Of a stretch of DNA of 64,000 nucleotides, positions 38,561-51,100 are shown one piece after another; position 1 is the first letter of the stretch; every line of letters starts with the position of its first letter. The DNA is from Antedon mediterranea (Eukaryota; Animalia; Echinodermata). The translations under genes and the position numbers were made by a program. The notes beneath the pieces are model-generated. The model was given only the letters and a program-made list of their open reading frames with translations. It searched no databases and was not told the DNA's origin. The stretch spans positions 30,042,912 through 30,106,911 of the forward strand of contig NC_092675.1 of the NCBI RefSeq assembly GCF_964355755.1, written 5' to 3'.

Positions 38561-40099
38561 AATTAATAATTATCTGTTTTAAAAAGTAAACCAAGAAATG
38601 TGGCTGCAATAGTGCCAGTTAGGATCAACATTGATTGAGATTAAAATCAATCAAATGTTGTAAAATTTGGTTTACTTGTTACGATAGATAATTTTAATTA
38701 ATACCGTATTGATTTTTAATTTACCATAAAAAAAAGTTGTTTGATGGTTTTATTGTTGGTTTGCCTGTCAAAGTACTTAAACAAGCACTTTTATTGTTTT
38801 AACATTTAAAATTGTTTTCATTTTACTAATTTTTTTGTTACTTAAATATTATGGTAATATTTAGTACATGACTTCCATTCTAAAGTACCTTGATTTTACA
38901 ACCATTTTCATAGAATGTTACAAGAACTACATTTGTGTACTATTGCAGTAGTTAGCTTGGTACCTCATTACTAACCAACATTAATTGTGTTCCGTCGCTT
39001 GTGATTGGTCAAATGACTTGTGTTTGTGCAATAATTCTTTATGGTAACTTTAACATTTATAATGTTATACAATAGTTTTGTTTCTTGCCAATAGGTAGAC
39101 AACAGCGGAGTGAAAGAATATTTCCAAACAGACTTTTCTTATTTATTATTACGGTATTACTATATATGATGAGTGAATTCCCAGGGACTGGTACAAAACT
39201 TAATGATAATTAGAGGGTGTTGTGTTCATAGAGAGAGAGTTGCATGAGCATGGCATTATATTCAGTCATATAGAAATGTAATTCACTGTTTATATTATAC
39301 ATATTTGATTGATGATTATTGTTTGATATCCAGAATGATATAAATTAGAAAATAGATAGATTTCTCAACTTGGAAATAATTATGATAAAGACGTAGATAA
39401 CTTGTTATAAAACTATATAAAACATTTTGAGATTACGAATTTATTTTAAAGATTTAAGCTAATAATTATTCACATCAGAAGATGTTTATTTTAAAAAATC
39501 AATTAAACACAATTGGTGCATAATGATTGGTTGGTGCTTATAAATCTGGTATCTACACTGGTTCTCATAGAATGAGGGATTGAAAACAGCTACAAGGGTG
39601 TAATGTGGGGTGAGGAGTTGGCCATAGTTTTTTTGAGAACGGCAGAGGTTTCAGATTTCTATATCTTGTTTTGTTATTGAATATTGTGCATTGATTGTTA
39701 CCAAGCTCTTATTAGTTTATATGTTTTTATAAGATAAATGTAATATACAGTTTATACATTGCAGAATAAATACAAATTGTTTTTATTATATTAAAATCAT
39801 TTCTGTGGCATTTTTCTTTCGGCCTTTTGATGCACATTGCTTGACTTGCACTGTCTGATTACAAATGTTTACATCTGTGAGTCTCACTCCTGAGGATGAT
39901 CAAAGTATATTGATTTAAACGTCGAGAAACTCAACATTCTTTTCGGACTACCACATCTGTTATTCCAGAAATGTAAGGTATCAAGACATTGGTTGTTGTA
40001 TTGTTTATCCGTTGTCTGCATGTTATTTTACACAATATACTTTATCTGTCCAATTTTGCTTTGATAATAGTGAGGATCTTCATGATCTATGGTACCATA

Positions 40100-40420
40100 A
40101 CCATATTATCATGGATCCTGAGCAGTCACAGGGTAACCAAATTGGTAAAATGTTTGACCCCAACAATGAGTCAACGCTTTTTAAAGATCTGGATTGTATC
40201 ATGGAATCCAGAGGAGTCACAGGGCAACCAAATTGGTACAATTTTTAGCCCCAACAATGAGTCAAACAATTTTTAAAGACCTGGATGGCAACCAATTTGG
40301 TATAATTTTTAGGCACAAGTCAAAATACTATTTATCTGACAAATATATTCATTCATTCAATTTTTTATTTCAGAGCAACCAAATTGGTACAATGTTATAG
40401 CCCCAACCACGAGTAAACGC
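40100..40420. repeat. Degenerate tandem repeats (aaccaaattggtacaat...ccccaacaatgagtcaa)
   Basis: About four imperfect copies are visible between the two convergent 3' ends. Confidence 0.7.
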
Positions 40421-41486
40421 CTGTAAATTCTACCTGTTTTAAATATCTTGGATATTAGATCAAATCATCATCATCAGCTCTTGCAAACATATTTTAGTAT
40501 TGCTAACAGTACACCATCATTGCACTCAAGTTATAGTGATTTAGTCCACTTTTGTGTTTCTGCATCATCTTGCCAAACTGTGCAGTATCTCATTTGAGTA
40601 TAGTCACACATGGGTTGGTCACAATTATGCAGCTGTGCTTCCTAATTTTCCTTAAATGTTGTGTTCCACACATTACCTCTTATTTCTCATTTGCATTTTT
40701 ATGTCTTGCAATAATTGTTAAATGATAAAAGAAAAGCATACACACCACAATCTATTTTACAATATTGCATTTTATTATTCACAAAGAAACTTGTAAATGT
40801 TACATATCATGAGTAACATTATAACGTTATCCACTCCCCCCACCCTAATGCTTTTTTTTTATAAGAGTATGACCCAACTCCTCTTGCAGTACATCAAAAA
40901 CTGTTGATAACTAAACATTCAGTACAGAAAATTGGACATAAATGTATTTTCTCTCGTAATAGCTTTCCTTTACCAAATCATATACGTACTGAGTTAATAA
41001 TACACTTCTGAAATATTATCTTAAAACGTTATAAATTGTAGCAAAATAGTATAATCACTTTCTATAATAATTATTTTACATCATCTTGACATAAAATATT
41101 ACATTTTTTAAACACAACATAATACTTTTATGAAAAATGACAAATGTGATAATATATAATTACCTTTTGCACAATAAAGTATCAATAATTAGTGGAGTGC
41201 TAAATATGCATGTATTATGTGAATGTGCTCCTTACTTAAAATGAGTTAATTATGTGGAAGCTATTAACCGAATTAGTCATCTTAATGTTACTTACTGTTC
41301 ACTTGTTTACTAGGTTTTGTTACAAAAATAAATCATTTTCAAGTGTGTTAATAGGACCGCACCTTGGGTTGTAGATTGGGGTAGGGGTTCCTTTTCAAGG
41401 AAAGGGAACAAAATTCTTTATCACATCAATTTTCTAAATTTTATGATGTACCTTAAGTAACCACTGTACAAGTCTGAATCTAAATA

Positions 41487-41801
41487 AAGGATAATGTCAA
41501 AATTATTATACTGCAGTTACTGCAGTAACTATGTTTTGTTTACTCTTAACCTATTAATATGCAATTATATAGCAAGTGCTTTACACATGTTTACTGCAGT
41601 TACGGTCTTTAATTGACATCAATTAACATTGAAAAAAAAGGTATACATCATTGCAGTAGTTTTATTTTTACTTCAACCATCTTTTAGGGTAATCCTTCAA
41701 GTTTAGCTCAATGGTCAATTGATATTCAGGGATCTCTTTTAAATAAAAGTAAATGTAGTTACTGAAGTAACTGCTCTAGAATAATTTTGACATGGTCCTT
41801 T
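41487..41801. mobile_element. MITE family 2 copy
   Basis: aaggataatgtcaaaattattatactgcagttactgcagtaac...gttactgaagtaactgctctagaataattttgacatggtcctt. Confidence 0.65.
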
Positions 41802-42121
41802 AACATGAATATAAATTATTTATCATAAATGTTACAGCATCTTTACACAACTAAATACTGTAAGTGTATTAGTATAATTATAGTGAAAATGACTTATTTA
41901 CCAATTTGCATACAGGTGTGCACCTTATGTCAAGACACTGTATATCTGTTTCAATGTACAAGAACTAAAGAACTTGTATTGTTTTATCAAAATATACTGT
42001 TTCGTTAAATTTACTTCTAATATTTTTTTTCTCCCTTTGGGCTTCTATAGTTGCACAACCCCAGTTTACATTTCTTATGTTGGAGGGAAAATATTCATTT
42101 TACTGTGTTCTTTCTAATCAC

Positions 42122-45100
42122 TCATTCTCCTGTTGAATTCCTTTTACAATTAGCACCAATAAACGCATCATCCATGCTTCCATGTGAACTGTTTGACGGT
42201 GTTGTTTCCTCATCAAATAATGAACAAACACCAGAATCGTGTCTTAGCACAGACTTAAGTGGAGTTACGGTGGCCGACGGAGTGTCAACGATTTCCCAAT
42301 CTCCGCTGCCATCCATTTTTCCAGATTGTTTCCTCTCGCGCCACGATATTAATCGATGCGTCAGTTCCCTGTTCTCGTTAGCAAAGAAAGCTTTGGCGTC
42401 ATCTGGACTGTCACAGTTTTCCAGGCGATCATCTGTACTTTGCAACTTTTTTCTTAAAACAGGAGATGTAGGTAAAGATATTGACTTTCTACGATCTTTA
42501 TTTTGGAATTGAAAATACTCTTCATCGAGGTCTAACTCATCAAACATTGCACTTAATTTTGGGGGTATATCCGCATCGATTCCTCGAGGGCTGCAAACTA
42601 TTTTTGTTTGCCCTCCTTTTAGTTCAGGTGTATCGAAAGGATTACTACTATTTATGCTGAAAAGCTGAGGGCGCTCTGATTGCTTCCTTAATCTTGCTGA
42701 ATTACTTCGAGTTAATGGGAAATTTCGTAAGTTATTTTTTACTGGAGCATCCAACTGACTGACAGATGTTCGTGCTCGTTTTTTCACCGCCATTTCATCT
42801 GAAAAAATATAATTGGAATTAGTGTACTGAATGAATTTCTACTTATTTTCTACTTTATTTTATACACATCCAATTACAGGATGGATAAACTATTTTATAA
42901 TTTATCATGCTTATAAACTAAGTCTCATAGGGAGTGGAGTTGAAAGAGCCGTGAGTTACAACCCTGACACTAGGTCAGGATTGAACCCCGGACCTTTGGT
43001 TTGGAAGGCAAGCACGTTAACCATCATATCATCAGCAAGATGTTTTGTTTGTTGACGCCGCTGTCTCTACATACAAACAAGTGTGGAAAGATGAGAAGGG
43101 AATTGTCATGTTAGAATCAAGTCAAGATACAATCTAGACATTTTATACTTAAGATAAGTGAAGTGTCAGTTAAGATTGAAACTTAACCCAACATTTTTAA
43201 ACGAAATACATAACAAACATTGATTGACAAATAATGAAACATAAAATAGCGCTCCAATACAGCAATATAAATCTCTATATAAGTTAACAAAAAACAATAT
43301 GCAGCTGGAGGACAAACTACCCAATAATTACTTACTCCGATTTCGGAACCAAACAGAATTTTGGTTTGCTCTGTCTTCTCTTATTTTACGTAGCATTTTG
43401 TTTAGCATGCCTAAGATCTGTTCAAAACTTGGTCTCTTCTCAAATTCCATCTACAAATTAAAATCATATTATTTTTTGTTATAATCACAATTTGAAATAT
43501 TGTGGTGTTTTGATCCAAATGTTATTGTTCATTCAGATGTTGTTCACTTCAAACCATCACCCCTCCAACCTCTAGTTTCTCCTCCGACCTCTAGTTTCCC
43601 ATCGAACTCTAGTTTCCCCGCCGACCTCTAATTTCCCCTCCTACCTCTAGTTCCCCTCTGACATCTAATTTACCCTCCGACCTCTAATTTACCCTCCGAC
43701 CTCTAATTTACCCTCCGACCTCTAGTTTACCCTTCCCATTGGTGGAAATGGTCACATTGTTGTCATCTCAAGCATATTAATGTTGAGATTCAAAAGTATG
43801 TATAGCATGGTGACTTACATTACAACATGTGAATGCTAATTGAAGAAAATCATGAGGACAATCATCAGAGGATAAACATTTAAAGCCTTCCTCATCAACA
43901 GCAAAATTCTAAAACAAAAAAATAATAACAATTCAAAAGAGAGAAAAGGGAAAGGTTAAACTTAAAAATCAGTGTAATTGGCAATTGATGAATGGATAAA
44001 CACATTCTGAAATAAATGTTGCTTTGTCTACACTATCAAACTGACAAAAAAAGTATGATGTGCCCAAATATGGTAGTGATGTGTCCAAATATGATAGTGA
44101 TATGACATCATCATGTCTATATATGGGCACATCACATAAAGATAGTGTAGTGTAGATAGAACTTTAGGTAAATAAAAAATGTACAAAGCAAACATTGTTT
44201 ATTACTATTTATTTAATATTAATTATTAATAATGTAATAAATTGAATGTGTAATATTACCCCAAGCCTTGGCAACCAGTTAGGATCAGCTTGTATTCTAG
44301 CAATAACTTGACAAAGAATAATACCATAGGAAAAGATGTCAGCCTGCAGGAAATGAACACAATAAATATATTTATAACACAGCTCTGTCTCAATCAATAT
44401 CATTCAAATAATACAGCATACACAATATCTATTTTTCCTTTTGTGAAAAACAATATTGATTTTATTTGAAAATAAATTTTTTTTTTTTTTTTTTTGGTTT
44501 TGAATGCAAGAAATTGTTATTTATTACAATAATGAACCTGTAATTGAAACCTATAATTTGAACCTGTCCCATTTTTCTTTCATTTCTTTATTTGAATTCA
44601 AAACAATATAACATTCATAAACTGTACAGGAATGAATTCAGGGTAGTACAACAAAGTAACCAATGGTCAAACTTGTTGCCATTGTGGCCCTTAATGGTTT
44701 CATGATCTGCAAGCTCCTGTTTTAACTAATCGATCAACTTTTTTTAGATTACTTATTGTGTAATTAACACACCTTTTCGTTGAAGAATTCATTCCGCAAA
44801 CATTCTGGGGCCATCCAGTATGGAGAACCTGCTATTGATCTCTTTTCATTATTCCTGAAATAAATAAAAATTTAGAATAAAATTATCAATAATTCTGAAA
44901 TGTTGATATCTTTACAAAATTGAATTAAATTGTGATTTATTTATTTAAATATTTGTAGCATTTATCATTTACTTCGTTGACATGTTAAAAGTATTTAAAA
45001 GGATGCTAATTTGTCATCGTGTGAATGATATATTATAGCAGATAACAAACTAAGTACATTATCCACTTTGCGCTAACACTCAACATTATGATGTGTTGTT

Positions 45101-48100
45101 GAAATCAATGCAATGTTAATGTTTGAGAAATAAAATATCTATTTTGCAAACAATGGACTACAAATAAATACAGCCATATATACTGTATATCAATCTCAAA
45201 CAATATAGCAGAAATAGCTGGACAATGAGGAGAGACAATTTAATAATCATAAGACAACAATAATAACAACTCGATTTTAACTCGTCACTTTGATGTATCT
45301 TTGTGATTGAAAACAAATTTTCTGACATTTAAAAAAAAAGAAATAAATAATTTGTGAATATTGTTCACCATTTTGGTACAATGCAAAATAGTTGAGATAC
45401 AGGTAGTCCGGGAACCTATCTATTTATTGGTTTGTAGGCACGTGCAAAGTTTTTCTCAAGAAACTTACTGTGGTATTGTGGTTGCCAGTCCAAAATCAGC
45501 AACAATTCCCTGCCATCTAGATCCTTCTTTACGCACCAATATATTCTACAAAAACATAAAAAGTGAAATATTACCAAAATGACAAGATAACATGAAGCAT
45601 GCAGGTCTTCTACAGACCAGTGGCAGGTACAGTGCACCGCTTATCCATCTCTTTTTCTCTTATCCATCTCTTTTTCGCTTATCCATCTCTTTTTCTCTTA
45701 TCCATCTCTTTTTTGCTTATCCATCTCTTTTTCTCTTATCCATCTCTTTTTTGCTTATCCATCTCTTTTTCTCTTATCCATCTCTTTTTCTCTTTTTCGC
45801 TTATCCATCTCTTTTTCTCTTTTTCTCTTATCCATCTCTTTTTCTCTTTTTCGCTTATCCATCTCTTTTTCTCTTTTTCGCTTATGCATCTCTTTTTCTC
45901 TTTTTCGCTTATCCATCTCTTTTTCTCTTTTTCTCTTATCCATCTCTTTTTCTCTTATCCATCTCTTTTTTGCTTATCCATCTCTTTTTCTCTTATCCAT
46001 CTCTTTTTCTCTTTTTTGCTTATCCATCTCTTTTTCTCTTTTTCGCTTATCCATCTCTTTTTCTCTTTTTCTCTTATCCATCTCTTTTTCTCTTTTTCTC
46101 TTATCCATCTCTTTTTCTCTTTTTCGCTTATCCATCTCTTTTTCTCTTATCCATCTCTTTTTCTCTTATCCATCTCTTTTTCCAATAGTTTACCAAGTTC
46201 TTTATTGTGTACACTTGCATTGTATACTGTACATGGGACCAACGGCTTTACAACCAAATCAAAGGATGAGGAAATAAGAATAATAGCCTCTTTCCTAAAG
46301 GATACAATGACCCAGACCGGTCTCGAACATATTCTATATTCTTTTACCATTATGCCATATTGCTACAATTATATTTTTGCAATTTAGAAAAAAAACAACA
46401 TGACTCCTCTGGTGCCAACAATTCTGTAAAATATCTAGGTTAGGGTTTAGCTGTAGATCCCCTGAGAGTGATATAGTAATGCATTGCTAAACCCACCTAT
46501 TACATACACCAATGAAATACTTGCAAATTAAAGTCAAAACCTTTTTAAGTAACCAATAAATATTAACATTATGAGTTAAAACGTATATTAAAGCATTGTA
46601 ATGTAAACTTACATGACCTTGCAGGTCGTTTCATTTTATATGTTTGTACTTGTATGAAATATGCTAATAATTGTACTAGTTCTGGATCGCCAGCCCGATC
46701 GCCAGTCATAGACATCAGCTATGATAGTATTGTGCAGTTAATCATGAAGATAATAATGAAGATGATATTAGAACAATGATTGAGGATGATGTTGCAAGGA
46801 GGTTATTCTTGTAGATGATAACAATGAATAGATAGTGATGATAATTTATGTACTGATAAGATTTAATGACAATGATGAGGGTAATAACGATTAAAATAAA
46901 ATAGAGATAATGATTTATATACTGATAAGATTTAATGACAATGATGATGAGGATAATTAATCTGATAACATATTAATAAAGATGGTTGATATGATATTTA
47001 ATAATTGTAAATATTCTGGTTAATATCCATAATATTGAATAAAATATTGATGACATAAACGGTGATAGTTAAAAATAAAACAAGATGAGAAAAATTCATT
47101 AAAATATTGATTTTGAAATTAGTGTAAAAACTAGAACATTTTGATTAACAATATTTAGGACATTGAAGCTTGACGCAAATGTAAGCTGCGAAATTAAACG
47201 TGATGATATTATTAATTAGAAAAGTAGAACATAATCTCAAAGATGCTTGTTGAATTACATTCCTAAATGAAATATCTACAACAAAAACTTCTGAAAGGTA
47301 TTATTTACTTCAATTTATTAAGAATGTCAACTAGATTCTGCTGCTGCAGGGTTAGATGAGCAATAGCTTGTAGTCAGCTTTGTAATATTATACTTTGTCA
47401 GATATCTTTGAATTATTATTAAAGTAATATAATGTTCTTGTTAATATTATTTGTTTACTGGACAGAAATCCCTTAATCTACACTTTAATCCAAACAAAAA
47501 GGCTGATTTAAAAGATAATACAGTACATTGTGGGTGTTCAATATAACACAAATAAATCAAATTAAATCGCATTCATTGTTTGTTAATGTTAGTTTACGAT
47601 TAATGGAAATGTTTTTGTTTACTAATGCAAAATAAAACTAAGCGAGTAAACAAATAGCGCAGACACACTTATACTTTTATAAATAAACAATCAAATAGGA
47701 AAGATATATTAATTTTCAATAATAATGTAAAAGACAATGATGCATAACACAGAAGCTTATACATGTATTTAGAGTTGTGGCTTGCTGGTTATGATGCTTG
47801 GCTATCATCCAATCTAATGGTCCTGGGTTCAAGCCCTGTCATTTTTTAAAAACAAACTCCACTCCCACCAAAGACTTTTAATAAAACTTTGTTTATCTAG
47901 AGCATCTTGTGTATGTTTGTCTTGTGAACAGGATTTACACCTTTAAAGAAGGATAATGAATGAATCCTTGGCACTTTGCCTTAAATATATATATATATAG
48001 TGTATAAAAATGTAATGAATACACCTCTTCCTGCCACGTCTTCTACCTCAACGTTAAATCCAATCCTCACTGAGCTGCAAGATACCTGTATATCCGCAAT

Positions 48101-51100
48101 CCGATAAAAATAGTTTTAATTTTCCTTGAACTGGGATGGCATGATTGCGGTTAGCACTTGTCAACAAATGAAGATGTATTTTGGTAAAATTATAAAATCA
48201 AAAGATTTTTAATAAAAACTTAACTAAGAATGCAACTAAATGAAAAATAATTTTATTTCTTTCTTACTTATTCCAATGACCTCTAGTTGTAGATCAGAGT
48301 TTGTGAAAATAATAAAATAAAAAAATTCAATACCTAGGCAATAATGTTCCTAACAACCGTCTAATACTTAATAAATAACTACATATTACTTTATTTTCTA
48401 TAGTGTGTACAGTAGTAGTTCATCCAGTAATGGCAAAATAATTTTCAGTTTTACTGTCTAAAAATAGTTTACTTCTGTACATACCAAAGTATTAACTATC
48501 TCATACATTCCAGACCTATAATGTTTTGATGCCTAAAGGGCAAATAATGTTTTATTAAATTCATTATAAAACATTATAAAGCCAATATTCAGAAGATGTA
48601 ACAGTATCCATAGCAACAAGTACATACCATAGAAAATAGCTACTCTCGCATGGCAACTATAACAGGTTTTTCTTTTATCAAACAATTTTTTAGTCTGAGA
48701 AACTGTTGACATGTTGATTCTCATAGAAATGTTTTGAAATGTAATATTTGCAAATATTATAAAAAAGAATATGAAACAGTAAAGTATCAAGAAGATGCCA
48801 TAAACAAGATAAAAACTAAATATACCACCTGCTAAAAATATAAATAAAATATGATTTATATTTAAAAATGGTATTATTCAATTCAGAGATCATGTATACT
48901 TCAGATAACATTTGTCTACTGATCTGATTAAACTAAAGGAGACAAAGTTGTTCTGTTCATAAACGTGTCAACTTGTTATACAGAAATACATTTAAAGAAA
49001 GCTTTTTTTTCAGTTGCTATAAGTACTTGGGTATTGATGTACCCCTTTCTCTACACAATTCTTGATTCACCTCATTACATTTTTTTATAGACTTTTTTGA
49101 AAAATGATAAAACCTGGTATTTAAAGTTTATTTTAAAGAATGCAATTAATTATAAGTATGCAAATGAATTCAGAATATGCAAATGAATTAAAAATATGCA
49201 ATTGATTTATAAGTATGTACATTAATTAATAAATAATTCAAATGATTTATAACTATGCAAATGAATTAATAATATGCAAATGATTTAGAAGTATGCAAAT
49301 GAATTAAAAATATGCAAATCATTTTAAGTATGTATTAATGAATTAATAATATGGAAATGATTTATAAGTATGCAAATGATTTATACATACGCAAGATGTA
49401 AAGGCCTTCCCATAGCAGTTAGATCCAGATTAATGTAAACTTTTGTAAAATTCATGCCATCAGTGAAATCTTGTAACAAATGTATGCAAATAAAGTGTGA
49501 CATTTTTTAATATATGCAAATAGATTAAAATAATATTTAAATTACCATAGCTGTTAGGTCTCGATGAATGTAGCCTTTTGTATGTACATAGTTCATGCCA
49601 TCAGCAACATCTCGTGATAGACTTATTCTTAACTCCCAAGATAATGTGATAACATTTTCATCTAGTAAAATATGTTGAAGATCTCCTCCATTCATGTACT
49701 GCAAGAAAGAAGTTTAAGTTTAATAATTACATTTGTGTAAAATAACAGATCATAACATTTAATTTAAGGAAAATGAAGTCACTTAATCAACTTGATCAAT
49801 TTATTGATAATGTAAAGGCATGGTTTTTAATGGTAATTAAATTAGTGTAGAAAAATGAGAGCTGAGATGGAAATAGAAAAAAAAAAATATTTCATTAAAA
49901 ATTACTAATTAGTGATTACAATAAAAACTACTGTACTACAGTACCAGTACTTTAACCAAGGGCTTAGATTAGTTTTCTTGAGACCTTGTTCTATAATAAT
50001 GACCTTTCATTTGGACATTCACAAGCATCACTACATTCATTCTATAAATAAATCTATTTTCTCATTAGGAGGTTTACAGCATGTAGATAAAAAAAAGAGA
50101 TTTTATTACAGATCAATACTCCCTCTACTATTGACTAAAGCTCTGTCTACATTATCAAACTAGTTTTACAAAAAAGTGTGATGTTCCCAAATATGGTAGT
50201 GATATACCCAATTATGATAGTGATATGACATCATCATGTCCATATATGGGCACATCACATTTTTTTGTCACATAAAGTTTGCTAGTATAGACAGTGCTTA
50301 ATAATATGCTTTAAAATTGAGGAAAACATTGTGAACTGAAAATCCCAGAAAAAAATCCCTATAAAAACCAAAACAAACCAGTAAATACCAGCTCACTCAC
50401 AGGAAAGCATCATGAATAGAATGATAAATTATTTCCCGCTTGCTGACACATTGGCCTTGAAAACTATCTAAAAATACTAAACAAATTGGCCAGCGATTTG
50501 TGAAATATACGGATGTCCATCAGCCAGATAGCTTTTATTTTACAATAATTTTAGCAGGATTAAACTTGAGAAATATGGTAGATGTGGGTAATCTGCATCA
50601 ATCAGTTTTAATACCCTGATTAAAATCACTGACGTAAATTAAGGAATTAACACCAATATTAGTGCTTTTCTAGAAAAATAAAATTGGTATCATAATACTG
50701 GATAACATTTACTTGCATAAAGTTGCTAGATCATGTTGCTTGGTTTGATTTCACAGTCTAAATCTACATTTTGCAAAAGGACCAACATCTTGCCATGATT
50801 TAGTAACCTTTTGTATTTAGGATAAATTGTGTCCTGATTGGTTAAAATCTCACTACTGTATATAACATTATTATATACTACTATACTATACACTAATGTA
50901 TATATGACCAATCAGGGAGAGTTTGACCACCACGATAATTTATATTTTAGATCATTTGTTCCAAAAACAATTCATATTTTTAATTTGAAATCTAAAAGAA
51001 CTTTTAAAAATCTTTATCTTAATAGAATTGCTATCGTCTTACTGTATATTTTACAAGTACAGTTTACCTTTATCTATAGTTTTTCGATGAATTGAAAAGA

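Noticed and set aside
42051-42512. 153-aa plus-strand ORF
   Set aside because: Antisense shadow of the TESK last exon.
45592-46387. Hydrophobic 198-aa and 262-aa ORFs resembling membrane proteins
   Set aside because: Translation of a pyrimidine-rich minisatellite in a TESK intron.
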